A stretch of 64,000 nt of DNA from Savitreella phatthalungensis (Eukaryota). The number at the start of each line of letters is the position of its first letter. Positions within the stretch are counted from its first letter, which is position 1. Location of the stretch: positions 186,001 through 250,000 of the forward strand of contig AP039689.1 in NCBI GenBank assembly GCA_051599415.1, written 5' to 3'. Positions 33,645 through 44,119 of the stretch are shown piece after piece. The position numbers and the translations under genes were made by a program. A model generated the notes under the pieces. It saw only the letters and a list, made by a program, of their open reading frames with translations. It was not told where the DNA came from and ran no database searches.

Positions 33645-35531
33645 ATGTTTGGCTACAATCTATACACGAGTGCTCAGCAGATCGTCATTAGACCGGACGA
33701 TCTTGCTGCAGAATCCCTCGTCATCGAGCGTCAGACCGGTCGCCTCTCAACATCGCCGAGACCCAACCTCACAGGTCCTCCACAGCGCATCTATGGTATA
33801 GTGGGCATCGTCCAACTCAAGCTTGATCGCTATCTCATCGCCATCACTGGCAGACGCAGTGCAGGCAGGATTGGCCGGGATGAAGTCTACGAAATCTCTT
33901 CCACCACCATCCTCCCACTCCGTCTCGCGAATTTGAAGACTGTGGATGACCCAGAAGAGCAAGGCTATATCAGGCTCATCCGTAATCACCTGAATACCGG
34001 TCCATTCTACTTCTCCTACTCACTCGACCTCACCAACACAGCGCAGAGACGCGACAAGACTGACAAGTCTGCAAAGCCTGCACTATGGCAACGTGCAGAT
34101 GAACGTTTTTACTGGAACAGATATGCTCAGCAGGACCTGATTGCCGAGCGTGAGCGCACGGGCAACACAAAACTCGATGCATACATCCTCCCGCTGATGT
34201 ACGGCTTCCTTGAGATCAGGAGCGTTGCCATCAAGGGCAAGCGCATGACTTTTGCCCTCATTACTCGCCGTAGCAGACATCGTGCCGGCACGAGATACTT
34301 TTCCCGTGGTATTGACGACTCTGGCAACGTGTCGAATTTCAACGAGACAGAACAACTCGTTCTCCTCGACCCGAGCTCAAACTCCGGTCTGATCGATGGT
34401 GACGTCAAGCTCTCGTACGTCCAAACGCGTGGCAGTGTGCCTGCGTACTGGGCAGAAGTCAATGACCTGAAGTACAAGCCACGGATGCGCATCTTCTCCA
34501 GCAAGGACGCAACTTCAGTCGCCAAGCGCCATTTCGAGCAACAGCTCAACATCTACGGCAAGCAATACTGCATCAATCTCGTCAACCAGAAAGGCCATGA
34601 GCTGCCGGTCAAGCAAGCATACGAGGACGTCGTGCGCAAGATTGCTTTGCCAGGTGTCGAGTACGTCTACTTTGACTTCCACCACGAGTGCCGCAACATG
34701 CGCTGGCACCGTGTTCAGATCCTTATCGATCAGCTTGATGCCCGTCTGAAGGAGCAAGGCTACTATCACAGCGACGCTTCCAAAGGAGTGATCCGAGAGC
34801 AGACTTCTGTCTGCCGGACGAACTGCATGGACTGCCTTGATCGGACTAACGTTGTGCAGAGCGCCCTCGCCAGATGGACGCTGTCGCGCCAGCTCCAGGC
34901 CGTCGGTGTGCTTGCAGAGGGTCAGTCGACAGCAGAGTTCGTCGACTTCGAGCTCGTCTTCCGCAATCTGTGGGCAGACAATGCAAACACCGTCTCCCTA
35001 TCGTACTCCGGCACAGGTGCGCTCAAGACGGATTTCACTCGTACCGGTAAGCGCTCAAAACAGGGAGCTCTGCAGGACGGCATCAATTCTCTTGTCCGCT
35101 ATGTAAAGAACAACTACCTAGACGGTCCACGTCAAGACGCCTACGACTTGTTCCTCGGCGTCTACAGACCCGCAGACAGCTTCGAAAACCCGTTCGGCGA
35201 GTTCAGGCCAGTATCTGTGCAGGCAATCCCGTACGTCGCTTGGTCGGCCTTCCTCATGATCCTGGCGGCCTTGATACTCCCTCGATCGCCGAACGCGTGG
35301 GGCAGCATGAAAGTTTTCGTGCTCTTCTGGCTCGTCGTCCTTGGTGCCTCTGTTCAGTACCTCCTAGCACATGGCCTCTGGTACGTCAACTGGCCGCAAC
35401 TTCGCGCTCCAGACTTCCTCTCACAGGAGAAGGGCGTCCGCGGCATCAATGTCCGAGGATTTGTCGACCGAGCTGCAGTTCCAGGCAAGTCCGCAGCAGA
35501 TATGGAAGCCGGCAAGGCTCGTCGTGACTGA
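33645..35531 (+). CDS. SAC1: Phosphoinositide phosphatase Sac1
   Basis: RAGTRYFSRGID, NFNETEQ, QTRGSVP, catalytic RTNCMDCLDRTNVVQ, YSGTGALKTDFTRTGKR; two C-terminal TMs. Confidence 0.97.
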   Translation: MFGYNLYTSAQQIVIRPDDLAAESLVIERQTGRLSTSPRPNLTGPPQRIYGIVGIVQLKLDRYLIAITGRRSAGRIGRDEVYEISSTTILPLRLANLKTVDDPEEQGYIRLIRNHLNTGPFYFSYSLDLTNTAQRRDKTDKSAKPALWQRADERFYWNRYAQQDLIAERERTGNTKLDAYILPLMYGFLEIRSVAIKGKRMTFALITRRSRHRAGTRYFSRGIDDSGNVSNFNETEQLVLLDPSSNSGLIDGDVKLSYVQTRGSVPAYWAEVNDLKYKPRMRIFSSKDATSVAKRHFEQQLNIYGKQYCINLVNQKGHELPVKQAYEDVVRKIALPGVEYVYFDFHHECRNMRWHRVQILIDQLDARLKEQGYYHSDASKGVIREQTSVCRTNCMDCLDRTNVVQSALARWTLSRQLQAVGVLAEGQSTAEFVDFELVFRNLWADNANTVSLSYSGTGALKTDFTRTGKRSKQGALQDGINSLVRYVKNNYLDGPRQDAYDLFLGVYRPADSFENPFGEFRPVSVQAIPYVAWSAFLMILAALILPRSPNAWGSMKVFVLFWLVVLGASVQYLLAHGLWYVNWPQLRAPDFLSQEKGVRGINVRGFVDRAAVPGKSAADMEAGKARRD

Positions 35532-35749
35532 TCTCTCGTCACTGTTTCTTCAACGCTCGTAGGCCAAGGGTTCATGTAGACGGTCCCTTCTCCTATCCGC
35601 CATTATCCCTTCTCCCACCTTCCCCAACTTTAGCCAAACCTTTAATGAGATCGCGTGCAAGCGCATAAACAGATATGTGATGTCACTTGTCGAGTCACAA
35701 TCGAATGTACGACATCTTCGTTCGTCTATAGATCACAGCGTGCACTCTC

Positions 35750-36301
35750 ATGGCAGAGTCCGAGCTTGTCCTCCATGAGTACCGTATCGGCGGTCGATCG
35801 ACCACGACGACTCTGCCTGATTCACTTTTGCAGGACTGCCTATCACTCGTAGAAACAAACCTGGCTGATGCTTACGCTGCTGCCTCTTCCTGGGGATGGT
35901 CTGCCTCCGCGAAGCTGCGAGAGATGCAGACCCGCGGTCTACACTACCTGTGTCTCTCGACCGGCACAGACCTCGCAGGCTTCGCTAGCTACAAAGTCAC
36001 CACCTTCGGCACACCCAAACGGACCGTCGTGTTCCTGTACGAATTGCAAATCGCTCGTGCCCACCAGAGTCGCGGGCTCGGTGGCACGTTAATGGACGCT
36101 GTTGAGAAAGCTGCGGTGGAGAGGGCAGTCGAGGGTGGGCGAACGGACGCGGAAGTGTGCCTGTGCGTGTTCAATGCGAATGCTGGGGCAAGGCGATTCT
36201 ACGAACGGCGCGGGTACACACAGGTGGCCGAGGACGAGGGTGAGGATGCGGGACCTGACGCCCGCTACCTGCACAAAGTCCTCGCAAGCTCTCGCGTGTA
36301 A
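35750..36301 (+). CDS. NAT4: GNAT N-acetyltransferase, Naa40/Nat4-like
   Basis: YAAASSWGWSASAKLREM, LYELQI...QSRGLG, VFNANAGARRFYERRGY. Confidence 0.8.
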   Translation: MAESELVLHEYRIGGRSTTTTLPDSLLQDCLSLVETNLADAYAAASSWGWSASAKLREMQTRGLHYLCLSTGTDLAGFASYKVTTFGTPKRTVVFLYELQIARAHQSRGLGGTLMDAVEKAAVERAVEGGRTDAEVCLCVFNANAGARRFYERRGYTQVAEDEGEDAGPDARYLHKVLASSRV

Positions 36302-36331
36302 ACGGGTGGAATGGATGCATATCAGTGGGAG

Positions 36332-37660
36332 CTACTCTAAGATGATTTCCTGCCCAACGGCCGTAGGGTCCTCGACCTCGTACGCCTTCTTCACCCACGC
36401 AAACAGCACGTCGGCAACCAGCCAGCCCTGAACAAGCGCCCACACGAGCGTGATGGCGTAGAAGAAGTTGGCGTTGCCTGTACCTGCAACGATCCACAGG
36501 TGGTAGAACGCGGGACCAAACAGCGCGCAGAATGCGATGCCACAACCGAGAATGAAGCTATAGCGCAGTCTGCCGCGGATTGTTGACCTCCACCACAACA
36601 GCAATAGCGACCAATACAGATGGGTGTCTGCAAGCGTCGGGTACGGTTTGAAAACGGCGAGAAGGCCGAGGAGGGTGGTTGCCGCGAAGAGTGGGTCGTC
36701 AGCCAGTCTGATGCAGAGTGGGGCGACGTAGATAAGTAGATGAAGCTGAAAAACGCCGAGGAAGAAAGCTCTGAAGTCGTCAAACATCTCGACAAAGAAG
36801 TACCACCACAGACCGACGTTTGGCGTCAAGTCGTACACCAACACCAAGGGCTCGTACACCGTCCTCACAAATCCTGGCACCGCCCACCACGCCAATCCGC
36901 CCTCCCCAGCGAGTCTGCGTGCCTGTGCATACAGCAGGCCAAGCTGCATCACGTATGCCGACACCGCTTCGATCACAGGTCCGAACAGCAACGATCCCGG
37001 CCGGCGCGCATTCTTGCGCAGCACCATGACCAGCGCAGGCAGCAAGAGCGCCGGGTACATGGAGATGGACGTGGCCAGTGCAAGGAAGGCCATGGACATG
37101 TACGAAGAACCATGGACGGCGAGTGCCATCGCGATGACCACGAGCATGTTGTGCCAGACGGCTGTGCTCTTACTCGCCAGTATAATCAGCCCTACGGGCG
37201 ACAGCATGTATATCCCACTCACAAACGCCCGATCCCCTTCGTCTGCCATCAATCCCAATACCACACCGGTCACCGTGTCCGCAACCGCGTACGCCACATC
37301 CACCGCCAACTCGCCATCGACCAGGTGTGCCAGTACTAGGTACAGGTTGAGCATGAACGGGTGGTGTGTGCAGATATCGCCATCGTAAGGCTCGATCTGT
37401 AGTAAAGTGAGCTTTGCGCATTCCTTGACTGTTATCCCGTATTGTCAGTAAACCCAAATCCCTTATGATTACCCTACACAGCACTTACGCCGCAAGAAGC
37501 TCGTGAAAGCCGTAGACAGCTCCACCCGTCCTTCCAACCCATTACTCAATCCCGTATACCACAGCAAGCAAATCCGTACCAACAACCCCACCACCACCAG
37601 ACCACCAATCACAAAGGTCGACTCCTGCCGAACAGCCTCGATCGTCCTGGGTTCCACCAT
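36332..37660 (-). CDS. GAB1: GPI transamidase subunit PIG-U/Gab1 (exons 37660-37489, 37428-36332)
   Basis: Intron 37488-37429 (GTAAGT..ACTGAC..CAG) restores RVELST.FTSFLRLKE..PYDG. Also DLTPNVGLWWYFFVEMF, KPYPT, GTGNANFFYAITL. Confidence 0.93.
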
Positions 37661-37879
37661 CGGATCTTCAATTTCCCTTCAAGACTGCATGACGAGTACC
37701 CCTCTTTCCTCCTATCTGGTTGCTCGTAATTAAGGTTCCTTGCTGATATGGATGTGCGTGTGTGTCTGGGTGACACGTGTGGTGGTGATGGATGCGTTAT
37801 TATTTCGCGGAGCCGGACGACCTAAAAAGGACGGCACGCTCGGGGGACACTGCGTGAGGGCGTGAGGAGAGATCCTGTG

Positions 37880-38911
37880 ATGGATCCGTCTCTGGCGAGA
37901 TCGCTCACGGCGCGGTTCGCGCAGATGATGTCGTCCCGGCGAAGCCAGCCTGCGGTTGCCGCAACCACAAACGCAGACACAAGGCAGGAGGACGACGGGT
38001 GGTATCGGCAAGTAGTATCGTTATCGTTCGTGCCCGCACGCTACGAGAAGGCTGGCCTACTGGATACCGCGCTGGACAAGCTCGATCTAGGTAAGATCTA
38101 CGAGTACGCTGAGGAGATCGAGGCTGAGGGGAAGGATGGAGACAAACTCGGTCACCAGGACTACGTGATTCGCGGGCTTCTAAGGTATTTCAAGCGAGAC
38201 TTCTTCACCTGGGTCAACAGTCCGGTGTGCTCGCGGTGCAGCGGCGAGACCGCCATGCACGCCATGGGATCGCCAAGCGCGGACGAGCAGAGGGGAGGCG
38301 CCGGTCGCGTGGAATTGCACAGGTGTAAGAACGGTGGATGTGGTCATGTAGAGCGTTTTCCGAGGTACGATGACCCGGAGACGCTGCTGTCGTGGCGGAA
38401 GGGCCGCTGCGGCGAGTGGGCAAATTGCTTCACGCTCTGCTGTATTGCGCTCGGGTCGCGAGCGAGGTGGGTGTGGAACGCGGAGGATCATGTGTGGACG
38501 GAAGTGTACAGTGAATCGCTGTGCAGGTGGGTCCATGTGGACAGCTGCGAGGAAGCGTTCGACGAGCCACAAATCTATGCTGTCGGGTGGGGCAAGAAGA
38601 TGAGCTATTGTCTCGCCTTCGGCAGCGACGGAGCCGCTGACGTGACGCGCAGGTATGTGAGGAAGCCCGAGCAGGCGTTGCCACGCCAGAAAGGTCCAGA
38701 GACGTCTCTTACACGCGCCCTGAAGGACATCAATGACCGACTCGGTGTTGCCAACGATTCAGTAAAAAACGCTGAGAGAGAGGCTGAGGAGCGCGAGCTT
38801 GCGTCATATGTGACGACAGAGCAGCCGACCTCTACTGCCGAAGAACAGCCGCGAGAAAGCGGCAGCACGGCTTGGAAGACTGCGCGTGGAGAGATGGGCG
38901 ACAAATCGTGA
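37880..38911 (+). CDS. PNG1: Peptide:N-glycanase
   Basis: FKRDFFTWVN, Zn-binding Cys pairs, RFPRY, GRCGEWAN, EDHVWTEVYS, HVDSCE, GWGKKMSY, DVTRRY. Confidence 0.97.
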   Translation: MDPSLARSLTARFAQMMSSRRSQPAVAATTNADTRQEDDGWYRQVVSLSFVPARYEKAGLLDTALDKLDLGKIYEYAEEIEAEGKDGDKLGHQDYVIRGLLRYFKRDFFTWVNSPVCSRCSGETAMHAMGSPSADEQRGGAGRVELHRCKNGGCGHVERFPRYDDPETLLSWRKGRCGEWANCFTLCCIALGSRARWVWNAEDHVWTEVYSESLCRWVHVDSCEEAFDEPQIYAVGWGKKMSYCLAFGSDGAADVTRRYVRKPEQALPRQKGPETSLTRALKDINDRLGVANDSVKNAEREAEERELASYVTTEQPTSTAEEQPRESGSTAWKTARGEMGDKS

Positions 38912-38912
38912 A

Positions 38913-41294
38913 CTATTCACCTGGAATATCGTCTTTCGCTGCGTGGTGCTCCAACAGGCGTGACAGGATCTTGCTTCGCGGTGCAAGGTCCTCGATGAGA
39001 CGCACGGCGCGATCAAGTCGCTCGTCCCTCAGACCGGCGTTCTCATACACACTCTTGAGCAGCTTCTCGATCGCACCTGCGACTTCCCGCCTTCCAGCGC
39101 CTTCCCAATGTCGCTGTCGCTTGATGTAGTTGCCTCGTTTGTCCTTCTGAGGCCGAACAACGTCCTCTAGCCGTGGGAGAACATCATCTTCGATCCGCAT
39201 GCGCATGAAACTCCCTGCAAAATCGACCGTCTTTGACATCAGCCCAAATGCTGCAGCGGCAAGGAATGGATTATCGCTGTCGCTGCGCTTCACCACTTGC
39301 GGCCAGTACAGGTGGACAAGTGGCAGATATTTGTTCTCGTCCGTGGCAATGACCGGTATTGCGTCTGCCAGAAGCCGCATCACGTTCTGTAGGATCTGGT
39401 AGTCACCATATGATAAGAACAGCTGAGCCTTCTCTGCAATGCGCAGGACCATCTTGAAGGACGGGTCCATTGGTTTCTCCAAACCTTCGCCATCATCATT
39501 TCCCTTCGCCTCATCTCCTCCACTCCTCGATGTATCCTCAATCGCCTTCATGCCCTCCTCGAACGCGCGTGGGACTTGCTTCGACTTGACTGCAGAGACG
39601 ACACCAGCTAGACCGAAAAATATGCCGTCAACGAGCTGTGGGAAGTGGCTGTGGTTGTCAAGTACATCGAAGAAGACATCGACGACGTCGTCGAGCATGG
39701 GGACGATCTCCGGGGCCATGTGTGCGATGAGCCCGAGGATGCGTGGTGTGTGTGGTGTGATGTTGAGGGTGTGGAAGGCGAGGGTGAGTCCGTTTGTGAT
39801 GTAGTCTGCGTTGTCGACTAGCATCGCCTGCGTGTTTGCATACCCGCAGTGGCGAGCGAGCTCAGCAAACACGAATGCCGACGGCCGCTCGGCAGCCAGC
39901 AGAGGGTACAGCACGTGCATCAACTCGTACCGGAAATCCTCCCCGCGCGCACTAGCAGCCGCCACGATCGCGTTCTCCCCAATCCCATCCCCGCGTGACA
40001 GCATTCCTAGGGCATCCTGCACCACATCCTGACCGAGTTTCTGCGCCAGCCAGAATGACTCTGGCGTCGACGTCGGCAGCGGTGTAGTTGAGCGGCAGGT
40101 GGCGAGGAGATCTTGAATTTCATCACGCGTTCTGGCAGAGATGTTTTCAAAATCAGGCTCGTGGAGCTTGTCATCGTTGATGACCATGACGGCGGATTGT
40201 TTTGGGAGGATGTGTAGGGTGGACTGTAGGAGCTCGATGATTTGAGTCTGGACGAGGTCGCGCGAGAGTTCGTCTACCCGCGGAAGAGATCTCCTCAACG
40301 TCATTAGAAGCTGTGTCTTCTTATCCTCATCTACGCCAACGAGCACGGCTTCGAAGGTCTCGAGGTATCGCGCTAGGACAGCGGCGAGTCTATCGAGTTG
40401 AGCGTCTGGAATAGCAGTAGGGTCGTGCTGGGCAAGGTACTCTACCAGGACGTCGCCATCTAGCGGCGTCTCGAGCAGCTTCTTGACGAGAGAGACACCA
40501 GCTACGTTGAGCTCTTCCCGACCAGGTCTACCGAGCTTGAGCAGGATCGGCCGGAGTGCCTTCTCCAGGTGCTCTTTCGATGTCGCCACCCACTTGTCGT
40601 TCCGATACGTATCTGTACCTCCGAGTTCACCTTCCAGACTGCGAGTGATCGAACTCGTAAGCACGTCAACTCCTGTGACAGCCACCCGGGTCTTCACACC
40701 GGGCTTGAGCAGTTGGGCCGTCACAGAGGAGACGGTGCCCGGGAGGAACGAAGCTGCCGCTTCGGGCTCGAGATGCCGATTGAGCTCGATGACGGCTGCA
40801 AAGCCAGCAGTTGTGAGCTCGATATCTTGGCCTGGCTTGAGGAGCTCTGTGACGAGCATGGCAATCGTAGGCCTGCTCTTCAACGTGTTCAGGAGTGACC
40901 TGATGCGGCGGAAGAGCTCGAGGGCTGCTTTTGAGAGGGCAAGCCGGAGTGCTTCGGACTCTGCCTTGTTGATGGAGGATGTGATGAGGACTAGTAGCTG
41001 ATGACACATCTCTGGATCTTCTGCAGCGAACCAGCCTGTTTGGACGAGCCAGCCAATGAGCTGGAAGGCGGTCGCACGGACATGCTCGCGCACTGTGAAG
41101 GGCAAGAGTGATTTCACAGGGAAGAATATGTAGTTACCGACGTTGCCATCGACTCGTTTAGGGTCTGTCCTCTGTGCCACCTCGAGAACTTTCTCTAGCG
41201 ATGGCCCTGCATCGTTCGGTGACCTCAGCGCCACAGCAGATAGCGCGACGCACGGTCCCTTGAACTCGGCAAACACAGCTAGACGGTCGTCCAT
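38913..41294 (-). CDS. TTI1: TEL2-interacting protein 1 (TTT complex), HEAT/ARM repeat
   Basis: YIFFP, SFLPGTVS, LVDNADY and LPLVHLYWP motifs in an all-helical protein of about 790 aa. Confidence 0.8.
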   Translation of the reverse strand: MDDRLAVFAEFKGPCVALSAVALRSPNDAGPSLEKVLEVAQRTDPKRVDGNVGNYIFFPVKSLLPFTVREHVRATAFQLIGWLVQTGWFAAEDPEMCHQLLVLITSSINKAESEALRLALSKAALELFRRIRSLLNTLKSRPTIAMLVTELLKPGQDIELTTAGFAAVIELNRHLEPEAAASFLPGTVSSVTAQLLKPGVKTRVAVTGVDVLTSSITRSLEGELGGTDTYRNDKWVATSKEHLEKALRPILLKLGRPGREELNVAGVSLVKKLLETPLDGDVLVEYLAQHDPTAIPDAQLDRLAAVLARYLETFEAVLVGVDEDKKTQLLMTLRRSLPRVDELSRDLVQTQIIELLQSTLHILPKQSAVMVINDDKLHEPDFENISARTRDEIQDLLATCRSTTPLPTSTPESFWLAQKLGQDVVQDALGMLSRGDGIGENAIVAAASARGEDFRYELMHVLYPLLAAERPSAFVFAELARHCGYANTQAMLVDNADYITNGLTLAFHTLNITPHTPRILGLIAHMAPEIVPMLDDVVDVFFDVLDNHSHFPQLVDGIFFGLAGVVSAVKSKQVPRAFEEGMKAIEDTSRSGGDEAKGNDDGEGLEKPMDPSFKMVLRIAEKAQLFLSYGDYQILQNVMRLLADAIPVIATDENKYLPLVHLYWPQVVKRSDSDNPFLAAAAFGLMSKTVDFAGSFMRMRIEDDVLPRLEDVVRPQKDKRGNYIKRQRHWEGAGRREVAGAIEKLLKSVYENAGLRDERLDRAVRLIEDLAPRSKILSRLLEHHAAKDDIPGE

Positions 41295-41881
41295 CTAGGG
41301 GATGTTCTCTATCAGCATGGTTATAGAAGTATGAGCAGCAGTAGCGCGTTAAGACGAGGTCTACGAGATCAAAAGGGAAAGAGTGCAGAAGAGTTGTGTA
41401 TGAGATGGGTTCTTGAACAGGTGTTTGTGCATTCAGATGTCGGGTGTTATGCGTACATAGTGTGATCTCTTGAAATTAACTGTATGTATAGCTGGATGCA
41501 TTGAGGATAGACTTCTATACAGCATACAGTATGTGAAAACATGAAAGTGATCGTGCACGGGATCCAAAGATTGAAATCGGTGCAGTACACACGTGATTGT
41601 TATCTGTTCTGGAATATTGACATTGGCTTTCCAGAATTCGAGTTTCTGAGACCGTGAGTCAGTGATCACTTTTATTGAATATGTGGTTGTAGTGTAGGAA
41701 GGTCCGTGGTTGGGTCACTCCAGTGAACCTCTACTACACTCTCTCTCTCTGTGTCGACACTCTCACAGACAGACCCACCACACACTACCACACTCCTCAA
41801 GACAACACACACATTAGTGCTTTACAGAACTCAGCTATCCTCAAGAAAATTCCAGGAGACACTCCGTGATCTTAATCAGTC

Positions 41882-41959
41882 ATGCGTGCCAAATGGAGGA
41901 AGAAGAGGGTGAGGCGCCTGAAGCGCAAGAGAAGAAAAGTGAGGGCACGATCCAAGTAA
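41882..41959 (+). CDS. RPL41: Ribosomal protein L41 (eL41), 25 aa; not in ORF track
   Basis: Translates to MRAKWRKKRVRRLKRKRRKVRARSK*. Confidence 0.97.
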   Translation: MRAKWRKKRVRRLKRKRRKVRARSK

Positions 41960-42607
41960 ACGATCGATCGCCCGGTCTCGCTCTGTTTTTTCACGCGAAA
42001 CTTGAAAAACCATAACGCGATCTTCGAATGTTGAGCTCTACCGGTGGCCGTTAGCTATGCCAGGCGGGAGGACGTCTTCAAAAACTTTCTTCAATGTCAA
42101 TTCACGACTGTCGAACCCCCTGATCTCTCCTTACTTTACAGGGAGGGAAATACGGTTATCTTCATGATCATTCATGCCGTTCGGAACTTCACGACAACAA
42201 CACTCAGCAGTCCAATGGATAGGCTCAGGGTCTATTCGATTGATGACGCTACCACGAGAAGCTTTTTGACGACAACACGCAACACAATCTTCATGACCAA
42301 AAAAGGATGAAAGTCGGCAGACGATGGGAAGGCGGAGAGGAGTTCTTAGGGTACTCCAGGCCAGCTAGCAAACGACAACGATATACTCAACATTCACAAC
42401 TATTCAGAAAAATCCATATTATAAAACCCACAGCGCTCTTCTGCACTCCTTCTTCTACGTGCCATTCTCTCGTTGCTTGTACTTTGCGTCTCGTTACTTC
42501 GTTCTCATTCTTGTTTCTACTTCTTGCGTGTCTTTCGTCATGATGAATCTTGTGGCGTTGTGTTCCAGCGGGTGCCATGCGTGACAGTTGTGGAACCTTG
42601 GTCAGTA

Positions 42608-44119
42608 CTAGGAGAATGCCAATGCTAGGGCTACCAGGAGACCGGTGGATGGGAGGAAGCGTGACGGCTTGACGGTCGATGCTCTTGCTACCCAGAAGTT
42701 GACGCCTGGTGCGTTGCAGGTGATTGTCTCGTTGTTGGATCTGTCTGCGTATGCCCATTGCCTGAACTCATGTCCCGCCGGAACACGGAAGCCTAGACCG
42801 TTGATTGGACACTTGGCAGTCATCGTATCGACGAGATCGATACACGGCAAGACCTCCTTGTACGCTCCTGGCGCAAGATGTTCCTCGATCGTCGGTAATC
42901 GCGATGTGCCGTTGCGTAGACGCAGGAACGTTGCAGGATTCGTCAGATCCGCACATCGCGGGATTGCTACTGCACAGAGCCAGTCCTTGTAAGCGTCCTT
43001 GCAGTCGTCGCACGTCGAGACCAGCGAGTAGGTTGCATCTGGCGTGCTGTTGCAGTTCAAAACTTGCAGGGACTTTGTGAAGTTGTCGTAGAGTTCAGAG
43101 GCCTGTGTATCGTACCATTGCCCGAGCGCGACAGGATTATAGAGCGTTGCATTCGACGGCACTGCGTACGCCACCTCTGAGCAGAAGTCTAGGTCGCTGA
43201 TGATCTGACAGTGACTTGCGTCACGTGTTCGCAGTTGCTGGACTGGCCATACAGTTCCGCCGTCGGTGTCAGTGGTCTGCAGTGTCAAATATGCATCGTA
43301 CCACGTCCCGGGATCCAGCGAATGCATGTAAAACTGTTCTTTCGGCAAACCTCCAGGTCCACGTGTTGTCATACTCCGATCAGCATCTTTCAGGCTGTGT
43401 GCCGAGGGCGTCGTTGTCAGGCCACACCAGGACCAGCGCAGGGCACTCTGGATTGAGGCGGCTACATTGATTGAGGTCGCGTTTGGAGAGGACGGATTGA
43501 TCCACAAGTCAAAATTGGGCATCTGGGATGAAGCCATCGCTCCGGTGAGGTTACCGGTGGTCAGGAGAGCTGCCTGGTAATCCGAGTCCTGGAGGAAGAG
43601 GAAGCGGTTCTGTAGACCAGAGTACGCCCGGTGGATGGGAGAGGTTGTGGATATGCCGATGGAGTAGGTGAAAGTGTCGTTGCTCCAAGCAGATGTCGAT
43701 GATCTCGGAGGCGCCTGGACAGAGACGTAGACGCGGCTGCCGTTTTGTGGATAGGTGAGATTCGCGAATCCCCACTGAGACAGAGTGAAGTCTCTCGAGA
43801 AGGTCGAATTGGGTGTCTGTGTAGAATTGTCAAGCGCACTGTAGAGGTAGAGTTTTGGCGGATTGAGGAGTGGATAGACCTGAGAGGTTGCGTCTGATGC
43901 GTTGACGAGCGACCATGGCTGCGAGCAGATGTTTAAGGTGATGTAAAGCGAGGCTGATGTATTTTTCCCCGATAAGGCAGGCTGGAAGGTATATGTGGCT
44001 GCTTCGCCGTATCTCAGCTGATCCTTGGCTGTCTTTCCATCTGATATCTGCGTTGTGACGTTGACAGCTGCCTGGACGATGCGCAGAAACAGCCCGAGCG
44101 AGAGAGTGCGTATCAGCAT
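42608..44119 (-). CDS. MID1: Stretch-activated Ca2+ channel subunit Mid1/Yam8
   Basis: Signal peptide, LYITLNIC, DSDYQAALLTT, FCSEVAYAVP, CDDCKDAYKDWLCAVAIPRC, YKEVLPC. Confidence 0.93.
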   Translation of the reverse strand: MLIRTLSLGLFLRIVQAAVNVTTQISDGKTAKDQLRYGEAATYTFQPALSGKNTSASLYITLNICSQPWSLVNASDATSQVYPLLNPPKLYLYSALDNSTQTPNSTFSRDFTLSQWGFANLTYPQNGSRVYVSVQAPPRSSTSAWSNDTFTYSIGISTTSPIHRAYSGLQNRFLFLQDSDYQAALLTTGNLTGAMASSQMPNFDLWINPSSPNATSINVAASIQSALRWSWCGLTTTPSAHSLKDADRSMTTRGPGGLPKEQFYMHSLDPGTWYDAYLTLQTTDTDGGTVWPVQQLRTRDASHCQIISDLDFCSEVAYAVPSNATLYNPVALGQWYDTQASELYDNFTKSLQVLNCNSTPDATYSLVSTCDDCKDAYKDWLCAVAIPRCADLTNPATFLRLRNGTSRLPTIEEHLAPGAYKEVLPCIDLVDTMTAKCPINGLGFRVPAGHEFRQWAYADRSNNETITCNAPGVNFWVARASTVKPSRFLPSTGLLVALALAFS

